Made by a program: the position numbers and the translations under genes
Notes under the pieces: generated by a model
What the model saw: the letters and a program-made list of their open reading frames with translations, nothing else
Told to the model about the DNA's origin: nothing
Database searches by the model: none
Origin: Lepidodermella squamata
Lineage: Eukaryota; Animalia; Gastrotricha
Assembly (NCBI GenBank): GCA_047495785.1
Contig: JBLDXI010000031.1
Coordinates: forward strand, 682,001 to 746,000
Length of the DNA: 64,000 bases
Direction of reading: 5' to 3'
Shown here: piece after piece, positions 25,435-38,494 of the stretch
Layout: the number at the start of each line of letters is the position of its first letter
Position numbering within the stretch: position 1 is the first letter of the stretch

Positions 25435-25804
25435 GCGAGTTGATGAACTTATTGGCTTTACGCGTCACCTTTACTACCTAATTGATATAAAATAATAATC
25501 TCATGCCTAAGTATAACAAGCCTGCTATTCTTCAAAAAGTGCAACCGGTTGTTGTAATGTATGGTGAAAACTTGTTAATTAGCCGCTGTGTGCCGGCACA
25601 AAAGTGAGAAGAGGTCATCATTTTTCCTGTGTATGTGCTGTGTTTGCTCTTACACGTTTGTTTTGAATAAAATGCCGCTAATGCTCTTTTGTTGGCTGTA
25701 AACCTCAGTTCGTAATCTCTACGCCGGGTCAGAAGCCGCTTAAGGCGCCACTTTTTTCTTCCGGCTCGTTTTTTTCTCGTTTAATTGAGTGGCGACCTTT
25801 ACAA

Positions 25805-27740
25805 ATGCATCTCTACAGGGCGCTGTGTCTTCTGGCCTGCGCCGTGGCTAGCCAGAGCCAGATGACTGATTTCGACGCGAAAAAGTTCGAAGGGAAGTGG
25901 TACGACCTGTACCGATCCGAAGAATTCCCATTCGCTAACGGCGCTGATACAACAGTTACGTGCTACGCGCCAACGGCTGGCGAGGTCGAAACAGGCATTC
26001 GCATGTACATTAACGAGTACCAAGAATCTGTCAGCCGGTGGGTGAACAACGTCGGGCGTAGTACGGTCGACGAAAGTATCCCATCGAAATTCTCATTCAT
26101 GTTCCTCAACCAAATCGTTGATTTCGACGACGTTCAACTTCAAGTGTTGTTCACAGATTACAACAACATCGCTGTTGTTCATGTTGATACTGGAAAGGGC
26201 ATTTACGGCTGGATTCTAGGCCGGAGCCTCGATGTACCGGAGCAATTGATTAAAAACGCGCTTATCCTACTTGACGCGAAAAATATTGATCGGTCGTTTA
26301 TGAAAGCGACAAGACACGGGTTGGCCAAGGTGTTTGTTGATACAACTTCATTACCGGGTTCGACAACGACTGAAGGAACCCCTGAACCTGTTACTACAAC
26401 TACTACTACCACCGCTGCTACTACTACTACCTCTTCTTATACTCCTAGAAGAAGGTCGACGACAACTACTACTACAACCGCTTCAACAACGTCTGTTGCC
26501 ACGAATCCACCTACTACTTCAACCACAACTACAACTTCGACTGTTAGACCTGTTACCACAAGGTTGGCAGCGACAACTGCTAGAGCTGCCCAGTCAACAG
26601 CGAAAATCGCGGCTGAAACTACTCAAGCTCCGACTACGATTAAGCCACGTCGGTCCAGTACCGAGCAGGAAGCAGTTGTTACCGTCCAGCCAGCAGTTCA
26701 GGCGGCTGGTTTAGTCGATTTCCTACCTCCTGATGTCATTCTAGTTCGAACTGCGAAGCCTGTCCCGCAGAGGCCAGTAACTTTGGACTTGAATTGGGCG
26801 ACTCCTTTCGTTTGGAACTGGAGAACGCAGGGCAAGACTGAGAACCCAGCCACTGTGGCTCCAACAAAGCGACCGCCAGTTGTTATTATTGTCGATAAAG
26901 TTAACAACACAAGTCGAACTCTTACTCCAGGACCAGGTTAGTTAATACGGAATTTATTGGTAAAATACACATTTTTGTGTCTGATTTTAGACTATTTTGA
27001 GGCAACCGAGACGACAAAAACTACAGAGAAACCGACCACACAGGCGATGCCCTGGCCCTGGATCGCTTTTCCGATAGACACATCTAATCGTAATTTGATT
27101 TTCCGCTTATTAATTTTGATTCATTTCTGTGTTTTCAAAGCCATCGATATTTTACCGTTCCTGAGTGGATCTAGGAGTTCGCCATCTACCTCAAAAGATA
27201 AAGATACCACCGCTGAATCTGGCTCGACAACTACGAAGCCTCAACAACCCACAAACAGTGAGATTTTTCCTTCAAAATCCCATCTAATGAAATTATTTCG
27301 TTTTAGTATTGGATAGCTTAAAATTGCTGCCTTTTATTGGTAATAACAATTGGCTCAATGCCAATGATACACCAACTGCCTGGACTCCAGCCGCCAATCC
27401 ATTCCGGTTTAATTTTGGCGGTCTCGGCGGTCTTGGTGGAATTTTCGGTAATACCGAGCCAGAAAAATCAACGACACAGGTTTCGATCAGTTCAACAGCT
27501 GCTTCTCCATCAGCGGCTACGACGCGTCGCGGTGCATGGGAGATGCCTTTCATGGCAAATTTGCCAACTTTACCTACACCTCAACTTCAATTCCCGTTCG
27601 GCGGCTTTGGAATGCTCAATCGCAACAACGATAATAGTAACAATAACAATAATAACAATAATAACAATAACAATGGAAATCCGTTTAATTTCAACCAATT
27701 CCCATCGATATCCAACAGTTGGAACTTCTGGCCGTTTTAG
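25805..27740 (+). CDS. Secreted lipocalin with long mucin-like Thr tract and W/F/N-rich tail; exons 25805..26936, 26991..27089, 27141..27257, 27307..27740
   Basis: DFDAKKFEGKWYDL, FTDY, GWILGR; phase-1 introns link ORFs 25805, 26957 and 27309; ends NSWNFWPF*. Confidence 0.83.
27639..27674 (+). repeat. AAC/AAT polyasparagine coding repeat (12 codons)
   Basis: (AAY)12 in the last exon of the 25805 gene; similar tracts occur in the 1460 and 29643 genes. Confidence 0.85.
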
Positions 27741-29642
27741 AGCGTGCGAGTGCAAAGTCTTGCAAATTGAGCTATTATTTTGTTTACAAATGAGTTAATG
27801 AGCTTGTTTTGAGGCGCATGGCGCTTTCGCTTTGTTGTCGCCGCTCCGTTCGGTATAATAAACAAAACGGTTAACTCGAGCGAGCTCATCGCGTAATTTC
27901 TCTGATGTTCTCTTTCAAGTAAACACTGTAACCAATTACATGTAGAACATTTTAGCGCATTGTTTGCGCTTGTGCCTTTCAAGTGGTTTCAGCTGCAGTT
28001 AGGGACAAGTGCTTACGTGTTATTCTCACGAGCTTTAAAGGTACACACACGCACACATTGTTAGGTTACACACATGAAATGACAGTTAACGCAATATCTC
28101 GGCACATGTGGATGTTTCACTGGACTGATTATCTTGACATTCCACATCTTACAGATATAAAATATAAAGATTTGAAGCCTGTAAGGGTTTTAATGAAATG
28201 GTTGTCCTGGAAATTCCAGATTCAAGCTCAAAAGGCTGAATTCAAATTGATGTGGAATCCAAATCTGCAAGGTCACAACTGCATTTGTACCAGATTACAG
28301 AACTATCTGATTTCCAACACTTGGAACTGAGAACTCAACAATTTCGAGTAGGATTTTAGGCTAAACGTAAAATTTATTTTCACTTTTCAATTCATCAAAT
28401 GTTGATGCCAATGCACTCGCAAAATTACTCCACCTGTGCTCTCTGGCACCGGCAGAAGCCGATTTCGAATGATAAATAGGATTCGTATTTCTTGTCTTCA
28501 AATTGAACAGGCTAAGATAACAAACATCATCGCAAAATCGGACATAACATTGGCGCGTAAACGTGCAGGATGTTTGGTGTAGCTCGAGTGCTTTCAGCTG
28601 GAAGCTGAGTGCTGAAAAAACGTATCCTCCACGGTGCCATCTCCCGCCCTTTGAGGCATCACGATACATCAGGAATGAAAAACACACGAGGCGCTCGTCA
28701 CATTTCAAGTCATGTAAACTGCTATTCATGCGATTGCGTGCTGAGACGAAATCTACTCACTGAGACACGGTATATTCAGAACATCTTAATTAAATTGACC
28801 TTAATTGGATTTTAAAAGGCATTAAATAGCCCATGATCTCGGTTCGAAATTTTTTTGTACTGGATCTAGGCAAAGCAAAAGCAGATGGTAGTGTGCCTTT
28901 TCCTGTTCTTACTCAACAAAATTATCCGCTCTTGAGTTCTTTCTCGCGCTCAACAGGAAATATGTGTTTAGGTGTGAAAAATTTGTAATTCCACCGCTCT
29001 TTGTCCTTGGCCATATAATTCAATTTGCAAGGGGAGAGACCTTGATATTATTATAGAAGTTCTTTAGAAAAAGCTAACAGAACTCACAGAGTGGGAGAAA
29101 TAAGTGTAGCTCACACATAGCAATTATGAAAAATTGCACTTCCCGTTTCTTAATTTAGCAATTCTATGCTTATGGTTAAGATTTTGATAGTGCTCGCGAT
29201 TATCATTTAGCTGCAATTAAACCCCAAAACATCTCATCCTACTACGTAGTAGATTTCACCGGTACTAAAGGTGAAGCTAAGGTTTTACTATCCGAGCTTC
29301 CACCCGCGGATGAGATAGTCGAAGTATACAATAACAACTTCCACCTTAAAGAGTCGGTACATATGCTGGCAACGCATAGATAGGCGCAAGGCTTTAGCAT
29401 GAATATGATGACAAATAACGCTCGACACGTGCGGCATGACACTTGATAAAAAACACCGGGAAAACTTGTTGACCGCATCAATTTTTAAACAATTGTATAC
29501 AACCCCCTCATGTATCACGCCAAGTATATCATCATCACATTCTTCTTCCTTGTTAGGTACTTTGCTCAACCTTAATTATTGAAGATAACAACCCTCATAC
29601 ATCATCGACCTCAATTGCTACCGCTAGTTCACCGGTTCAAAA

Positions 29643-30875
29643 ATGACGAATATATGGCTCAGCATTGCGATCGCTGCCAACTTTGCTCAACTTTTGTCAG
29701 CTCAGGTATTTTCATTTTGCAAAAAATTCTGCGAATATCAATCAATAATTGAAGACACCATGTTTCATGGTAGCTTCAACATAACAAAAACTGAGGATCC
29801 GAAATTTGTCTCCATTGCTCAACAATTCCCGATTCGTTACGAATGTTTGACTTTTAAGATCTCAAAGCATTCCTCTTTCATATTTTTCGTGTCGCTCATT
29901 GATTTGTTTTCGTTTGGTTTTAGCTTTTTTTGGGATTTTTCGGCCCTTGTAAATCACAAACTGTTTGAAGTGTGACTTTTGAAAATTTGAAGTCTAACGA
30001 TGATATTTTACTTTTCCACGCAGCTTGTCCAAGCCAACTTCAACAACGCATCGTTCGCCGGGCGCTGGTTTGACATTTACCATATAAAAAACACGCCATA
30101 CACATCGGACTGGTCTTCCGACATCACATTCGAAATTTTGCCGGGCCCCAATAAAACAGTAATGACTGTCACCATCAAAGAATGGATAACCAACATTAAC
30201 CAGTGGCGCGAAACGAAGGGCGATTTGAAAATGGGCGATAAACTCGATACGCCAGCTGTTTTGAGCTTGAAGCTACAAGGCTACCTCGATCCGATTGATT
30301 TTCGAGTTTTATACACTGATTATTCAAGCGTGGCTGTTGTATACAGCAAATCCAGACTAGCCTGGGTATTTTCAAGGACAAATTCTATCGACGAATCTAC
30401 GTCAGCTCAATTGTTTGCCCTTTTAAGGCAACGCGTCGATTTCCGACCGTATGAATTTGTTAAAATCGTTCATGGTACGAGTCAATCCTACCAGATTATA
30501 CCGAATAATAACAACGCAGTTACCAGCCCACCTCAAACTTCTCCCGTCAACGCCTGGAATCCATTCCCCACACCGCTTTGGATGCCTCAACCGAGTAACA
30601 ATAATTTCAATAATTTCCTGCAATTACCAACGAACTTCCTCGGTAATTCCAACGGCAACATTTTGCCTGCGAGTCCCTTTATGGGTAACAACTTGTTTGG
30701 CGGCTCGAATAACAATGATATGAGGAACAGTTTCTGGCCAACAATGCCGAGATTGCAGCCTCTTAGCATTCCAAATTTGTTTGGTGGCGGCAACAGTAAT
30801 AATAATAACAACAACAATAACAACTTAGGTTTCCCATCATTCGGCAACTGGAATCAACTGCCTTTCTTTGGATAA
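29643..30875 (+). CDS. Secreted lipocalin with N/P/F-rich tail; exons 29643..29705, 30024..30875
   Basis: Signal exon ending LSAQ with the same phase-0 intron as the 1460/3291 genes; FAGRWFDIY, LYTDY, AWVFSR; ends FPSFGNWNQLPFFG. Confidence 0.88.
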
Positions 30876-31485
30876 ACCGAATATTATCACGCGATCGTCA
30901 TAGCGTTTTTCGAGCTTGTTATTATGTGTTTTAGAGAAGAAATAAAAAGTGTTTGTGCCTAGGTTCTACTGGGTGTCTTGTTACATGTTTCAGAGCAGAG
31001 TTGGAAATGGTATCGACTAATCTGATAATTGTCCCTTTTTACTGTCTAAGGAAGTTAGAAGAATCCACTATAAGACTGACATTTCAAGTTTTCTTTTGAG
31101 TTATTTTGGCCCAGGAGCTTTGATTCTGGATAATTCAAGGTATTAGCAAAGCTCGAGATGGATAGCAACAGATAATACATATGTCGTGAATTTTTATCTT
31201 TTCCTAATTCTTCAAATCGCAACCCTACGACGTATTTTGTGGCCGACCGAATAGGTTGGACTTTTATCATGAAATAGAGAAATTCTTTTGGTTTTCCGCC
31301 CATCTCAGTGCTATTGTAAAACAATTAACATATTTCTAGCATTTGATAATTGATAAGAGTTGCACCAATTTGCTGTCTGTGTTCCGCAAAAGCTTCGTTA
31401 GATATCTAAATTCGTTTGATATAGATAAGGAAACTGGGATAAGAAAGGCTCTGAGCGCCATTGAAGCCAATTTCTCACCCTTTTC

Positions 31486-33893
31486 ATGGCGATCGCGTTT
31501 CGATCTAAGAAAGACTTTGAGGTGGTTAGGTTGCTGCGTTCCGGTGGCTTTGGCGATGCTATACTGGTTAGAAGCATACGGGACCACGCTCAATATGTTC
31601 TGAAAGAGGTGAATATCACAAAATTAGCCAGTCGAACGGATGATTCGACCCTGAGCGAGAAACTGGTGGCTATGGCAAAGGCAGAACATGATAGGATGGC
31701 TACCTTTCGCCATCCCAACATAGTCCAGGTGTATGGTTCCTTCACTGGTCAGTTTCGTAGTCCTCCTTAGAGGAACTGAAGTTGTTTTCAAATTTTTCCC
31801 AGAGAGGCGCGACGAGGGGAGTCTGAAGAATTGCGAAATATACGGCATGGTTATGGAGTTCTACGAAGGCGGTGAGTTGATGATTGGCCAGCCTCTCTCT
31901 AATCAATCGACTTTCATTTAATTAGGGGATCTTGACTCTTACATCAGGAATGCAAAAGGCCCTATTCCCGAGCCGTTGTTAAGACGATGGTCTAAGCAAC
32001 TTGTTTCGGCTCTCAAGTTTTTACATGACGGCGATCTGGTTCACCGAGACATCAAACCGGGCAACATCTTTCTGACTCGCGACCAGGAAGACGTGAAACT
32101 CGGCGATTTTGGGCTGGCTAAAGGTGTAGCAGAGTAAGGGCTTTCTCCTCCATCTAACGCTAAAGAGTTCAAGATTATAAAAGGATTTCATCGATATCGA
32201 ATGGAGTCACGCAAACTGCTACGCTCGAGTACGCATCGCCTGATTTCTTTCAAGGCGTACCACATTCAAAAGCTAGTGACATTTGGTCTCTTGGTGTAAC
32301 GCTCTACGAGCTCGCTCATTTCCAACGTCCGGTAAATTTCGAGAGAAATCACTAGTCCTTAAAGTTATGGTATCAATTCAGTTCCCAGGCAATGGTCCGC
32401 ACATGATGATATCCATATCTGTGTAAGCTAAACTTGTTTCGTGTGGCTGTTGCCTATAGTTAAACCAAACAGGAAACCACCTGCTCCATTCAACACTGCA
32501 AGAGGCTATTCCACCGAATGCCGGGATTTCGTCATGGGGATGCTCGCTAAAGACCCAAAGAAGAGAACGCCGGCGAGCGACGCCCTCAAATCTCCATTTT
32601 TGAGCCTTGAAATGGATAAAAGCCCTTCATCCCAAGCCACAGGCGATTTTTTCGATCTGCTAAAGAGCAAAATCGTCGAAAAGAAACCGAGATCAAATTC
32701 AGCTGTAATTGAAACAAACTTAGAATCCTTGGTCTGTTTTAAGAACTTACAGGCCTTATTTTCTATATTATTGTAACTTGTAGGCGCTGATGCAAGTTGA
32801 GACATTTCACTCCTACGCCGCTGTTGGCGATCTGACGGCAATGAAATCCCTTCTGAAGAATGTTAAATTAAAACTCAAAAAGAGCCCAACAACAATTGGT
32901 GTCCTGATAGAAAGCAAGAATTCGCTGAATTTCGACCGAACTGCCCTAATCGATGCCGCCTATAACGGCCATCTCGAGATCGTCAAATACCTCATCACAA
33001 AATACAACGCAAATGTCTGTGCTAAGAGTAATGAGAACGACAACGAGTCTACAGCGTTACATCTCGCGGCTTCAGCTGGGCATTTGAACATCGTGAAGCT
33101 TCTAACAGATTACAAAGCTGATCTGATCGAAGTTCGAAACAAACTCAACGACAATCCGCTATGCCGAGCTGTTGTAGCCGGTCATCTTCCTGTAGTCGAA
33201 TATCTGGTAAAAAGTAAGAAGGCTAATGTGGAAAGCCCTGGCCAGTCTGGTCGAACCCCTTTGCTACTGGCTTCGGGTAAGGGGAGACTTGCAATCGTGA
33301 GGTTCCTCATCGAAGGAGCCAAGGCGAACATTCAGGCTAAAGACAGCGTTTCTGAGGCCATGTGCATCCATTTGGCTGTTGAACACTCTGAAAGCATCCC
33401 TGTCATTGATTATCTCCTTAAGGTCGAGCCAAGTCTGTTAGAAGCGAAAGACAAGTTTGGAGACACACCATTATGTCGAGTCGCTTTGGGTGGTCAGTTA
33501 ACCATGGTTCAGTTTCTCGTGAAAGAAAAAAAGGCGAATGTGGACGTTCGAGGCTACCTGGGCCGAACTCCTCTTTTGAAAGCAGCTTATGAGGGCAAGC
33601 TCGACGTTGTGAAGTTTCTTGTCGAAGAGGGCAATGCTGATGTTATGGTGCAAGATTTGTCTGAAAATGAAGATTCAGCGATTCATCTAGCTGCCCATTA
33701 CGGCCACACTGCTGTTGTGGAGTATTTGCTGGAGAAAAAGCCTGAAGTAGCTGCCCTGAAGAACAAAGCGGGTCGAACTGCGTTGGCTGTTGCAAAGTCA
33801 CTGAATAACAAGAATGTTGTAACTGCGTTAACGAGGAATCAAGCCGTGACTAAGCCTACTTTCACGAAAAAGATGCTGAATCTAATGAAATAG
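31486..33893 (+). CDS. NEK-like Ser/Thr kinase fused to C-terminal ankyrin repeats (7 exons)
   Basis: SGGFG, VLK, HPNIV, HRDIKPGN, KLGDFGLAK, YASPD, SDIWSLG across short introns; phase-0 intron 32732..32783 joins the ankyrin exon 32784..33893. Confidence 0.85.
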
Positions 33894-35003
33894 TTTTACT
33901 GCTAAATTTGTCATGCAATAAATAGTACGTTTTGTCATTTAATTGTGCTAAAACAATCGTAAATAGCTTGCTTATGTCATCATAAACAAATAAAATTTAA
34001 ATGACTAAATTTTCGCTCAAATTATCCAATATTTGACTGATTTGTTGCTGGCGGATAAGTTTCTAGTTTCGGAAGTTTCTGCTAGGGCTAGAATCCAGGA
34101 AATTTTTTTGGTATATAGTTGTTATGGATCTCAGGATGAAATTTGCATTTTCCCCAGGATAATACCGTATCTTTCAAAAGTCATGCGGGGGCTCTCCTCT
34201 ATAGTCGCGTGTTTTATTTGACATTGCTTGGATATGATGGTGACGATTTGGCAAAAAACAATTCCTGCTAAAGCCACGATCATTTATAATGGGTTCGAAA
34301 GCAAATTTTTTCTCGGGATTTCCTCAGGTACATGTTTTTCTCGGCAGGAGCATCAGCTTGAAGATTTTAGCTCGAGTTCACAATTGAATTTGCAAGATGA
34401 AGTTGTTGAAATGAGAAGACTCCCTAAAAATTTCGACTATGTAACAATTGGCTTATTATCGCTTGCCTTTCACGATAATCTATCTTTATTTCTGCTGCCA
34501 ACTTTTATCTATTTTTCCGCAGTGGTTCAGGCAAAATAAATAAAAAATATTCGTTCAATAAGGAATTATGTACAATATCGGGATTTCGAGCGAAGCGAGA
34601 CATTTTTTCGTAATTTCGCATGCATTTCCTCCCTGTTTTAAGCAATTTTAGCCAATTTCTAGCGAAAATAGGCCGAAGAAGGGTTTTGATTTTTCATTTT
34701 GGTAGTTGTTCGAACAACCAAAACAACCAGCAGGTTATACGCCCCCGGGCTAGAATGTTTTTGGGCGTAATTGCCAGACACCAATTTCAAATTCACCCAG
34801 GTAAACAATCCCCACTGCACTGCATTGTTCAGTACGCATAAACATGCAGTGAGCAAGCCGCAGTTATTAATTTTCGAAATTCACGAGAGGAAATGAAAAA
34901 TCTTTGCTATATGCCATAACTGCGCAGATATCTCCCTGTGTATATTGTCACAAGTTTTTCGTTTTTTCTCTCATAACTGCTTTTTGAACTTCAAAAGCAT
35001 AAC

Positions 35004-37051
35004 ATGATATTTGCGCTGTTCGTTCAGATCTTACTGGTGTTAACGAAACATTGTCACGGCCAGCGCAATTGGTTCGATGAAATCGAAACTGATGATCAAA
35101 AGAACTCGGGAATCGGACAGATAAAAGAGTATACTTTCTGCAAAACACTTATCGAAAGTTGCGAGTACTTGCGGGACCCTCTCGCTTTCCCGAACCGCCT
35201 AATAATGGGAAACTTAAAAATTTACGCCAGTTTTGACCCACTTTCGTTCCAGGGCATCAACGACATTGAACAAAGTTTCTACATGCAAGGAGCGCTAAAG
35301 ATTGAGTGGTCGCTTGATTCATCCTGTGATTTGCGCAAGCCAGCGGAATCATGGGCTGAAAGGTATGTGAAATCATCATCGGATGCCGTCGAATCACTGA
35401 TCTGTGAAATCCCAATCACGCAAATGTGGACACCATCACTGCAGCACTTCAACCGAATCGGAACAACTAATCCTTTCAAAGAGTTTGAAGACAAATCTTG
35501 AAAACACATATATGATTTTTCGCCAATTTTCAGCTCCTCCAAGCTTTCTGTCGACGTCAATGGACAAGTCACATGGAAAATTGCGACGAGATTCGACTCA
35601 TCGTGCTCGATGACATTTCGGAAGTAAGTTGTCTTTTAACACTGCAGCGCGTGAAGTACAGGGGGAGAACATGGGGTATCGTACCACTCAATGCGCAAGG
35701 CAGAAGAGAAAGAACTCCAAAAAACCACAGGCTGAGACTTTGATTTAATTCGATTTGATTGTGATTTGAAGTCTCCTCAAAAACCGTCTGAATATGAATA
35801 AATTAGAGAAAAATTGGTTTGACCACCTCTTGAGTGTGAGTATCGAAACAACAGCTAAATTGATTTGCATATGCACACTTTTGAAAATAATCAAATTAAT
35901 TGCTGCAGACTTGGTTGCATCTAAGACACATCTATGCATCATGTACAATTCATCTTTCATGATTCCTAAATGATGGGGTTGACATGTAAGATGCATCTTG
36001 TACCCATCTAGAACACTTGTTTGACATACATCTTACATGTGTCTTACATGCAGCCGAGATGTGACGGTCTCATGTTGAATGACATCTACATCAGGTCAGG
36101 ATGATCCCATTTTTTTCCTTGGGTGTTTATTTCGTTATGAATTTCATCAGATTAAAAAGTATTCAAAAACCGAATTGAGAGATATCTTTTCATTTTTTGT
36201 ATTTTCTTTCAATTTCGACACGCGCTACTGACAACTGAAATCGGTGGGTTGAGTTGGGCTAGATGGTTCAGGGTCCAGCTTGACAACTTGCTCGCGTGCC
36301 GTCTGGCTGAAGTCCAACGCTAAAAATAGCCTGGCTATTATTTATTGAACACCCTGTAACTTGGAAAAAACATTCACTTTTTGTTGTCGGCAGGTTCCCT
36401 TTCGATGAGCAATCTTGCTCAATAGAAATCTCACGACTAACAAATATGTTTCAAATGGATTCTACACAATGCGAATACCGCTCCCTCCAGAACGAAATTT
36501 GGGATGTGTATGAAAGAAGTCCTGAGGTCACGAAAGAAACAATCACTTTCAGGTTCATCTTCAAACGGAACCCAGAAACGTACACCCTGAAGATTTTGTT
36601 GCAAATCATTTTTCTGACCGTTCTTCAACTCGGGACGTTTTTGATACCACCCAAGGGGCCTGACCGTGCGGCCTTTTCTATCACAATATATTTGGCCATG
36701 ACGTTCATAATGGATACTCTGAATGGGATGCTACCTGTGACTTCTGAGCAAACTATCATCGGCGTAAATTTCAGCTGCCAGCTTGCGATTGGGGTACTCA
36801 TAACTATCTACTCATTAGCCATGTGTTGGCTAGCTAACAGCTCTTATCGTTCGATTCTGAGGACGAAAATGTTAAATACCTCCATGACGTTGTCAAACAT
36901 GATTGACATCTCAGCTTTTGTGGTAGCGTTGCTATCTTATGTGATAGCTGATGTAACTACGCTTGTTTTGATGGCACCTAGCAATTATAACTACTCAGAT
37001 GTAGATTCAATTCGTGGAAACTGCCTTTATAAGCATTATGACTTGTCATGA
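35004..37051 (+). CDS. Cys-loop pentameric ligand-gated ion channel subunit, minimal (no large intracellular loop); exons 35004..35482, 35534..35623, 36394..37051
   Basis: Signal peptide, MWTP loop A, Cys-loop CSMTFRKFPFDEQSC (C-x13-C), pre-M1 KR, four hydrophobic helices. Confidence 0.88.
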
Positions 37052-38494
37052 ATCTCGCAACTCGCAAGTTGTGTGACTGTGGTTATATTTCTAATATAGC
37101 CTTACTTATATTTCCTATCCGATGTTGTATCCGGATCGTATTGTAAAGTATGCCTGACTATTATATAATATACGGAAGATATGAAGGTATATTCGCCAGA
37201 AGGATTATATTTGGGCCTGAGGCGCAACTGAAGGACGAAATGGTACGGCGTCAAAACTGCAATGGCGCAAAATAGCGAATGCGACAAAACAGAAAATTTT
37301 TATTTCGTGACAAAACAGCGAAAACCTACTATGTAAAATATTCATCTTGTTTCTGCTGTTATGTCGAAACCTGAAATATTTGCTGTTTCGTCGCTTTTGA
37401 TGTTTTGCTGTTATGACGGTCTGCCGACGAAAGTCCGGGAGTCATCCGGGAATCCGGGCCTGAAGGCGGATTTTAACCCATTTAACCAGAATGGTTTCCG
37501 TATATTATGTGTGTTATCCGGGTAGTATCGTAAAATTCGCTGGGTTTCTAGTAATGTATGGTTCATTCTCGCTAAATTTCTATTGCTTTGAATAAAAAAA
37601 AATTCTCGCATTCATTTTGCGAGTTTCTGGTAGGTTTTTCACATCGAATTTCCCGCATTTCTGGCACGCTCAACAAATTGCTGGTACATATCGAATCTTA
37701 ATATTGGGCTCTCGTACGCAAGGTGATTCTGTTTTCGGCTCGATTGGCTTCGGATGGTTATCAAAGCGAGTGTCACGACACCTTCAACACCTCGGTTTTC
37801 AGAGCGGCTTCAAAGTCGACGGAGAACTCGATCGACGAATTCCGATGTTGTACGGAAAGCTGCGATTTGTCACGGTTTCAGCAAATGCCCCAACCAGACA
37901 TTCTTGAATTTCTCTACTTTGCTCGATTCGCTGTCACTTCTAGCTTTCAATGTATATCTTTCAAAGGGATGCCGTGTTGCGATTACTGGGATCCAATGCT
38001 GCCCGAGCTCTCTCGGATTTCCTCTGAAGCTGGCCGATTGTTTTTTGATCTTCGCGACATACTGGACGAATTATGCCCGATTCTCCCGAATTTTCGGACG
38101 AGTTCTGTCCGATTTTCTCGGCTCCCGGCATAGAGCTGCCACTTTTTACCGTAGCGGACAAAATCTCACAATGGAAACCATGAAGTGAACAATTGAACGC
38201 GACCTGTTTGTCGACAAATATTTTTCATTTGGCGCGTAATTTTTCTGCTCTATTGTGCGCTATGCGAACGCGTGGCAAAGTACTGTTCGATTTGCACTTC
38301 TGCCCAATTTGCACCCAATTTGTGGGTTTCTCTTGTGAGCTTAACAAAGGAGGTTTTTGGTGATATTTTCTAGACAAGCAGGCATTTTTTTATTTAAAAA
38401 TATTAAAAATATTGATAAACTGCGCACCGTTGTCAAACCATTTACCGAACCAGTGAAAAGTGTCCACTGCTTTCATTTTTAGTGGAAGGGTAAT

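Noticed and set aside
27900-29600. Intergenic block with short ORFs and ACATGT/CACGTG-like motifs
   Set aside because: No domain, splice-consistent model or terminal repeats could be established
35657-36358. Putative Tc1/mariner-type insertion (TA-CAGGG...CCCTG-TA) enlarging the channel's second intron to 770 nt
   Set aside because: An insertion is likely (paralog introns are ~52 nt), but only ~7 terminal bases match, too few to classify
37100-38450. Overlapping ORFs 37617..38188
   Set aside because: Non-ATG starts, no recognisable domain; more likely repeat-derived non-coding DNA
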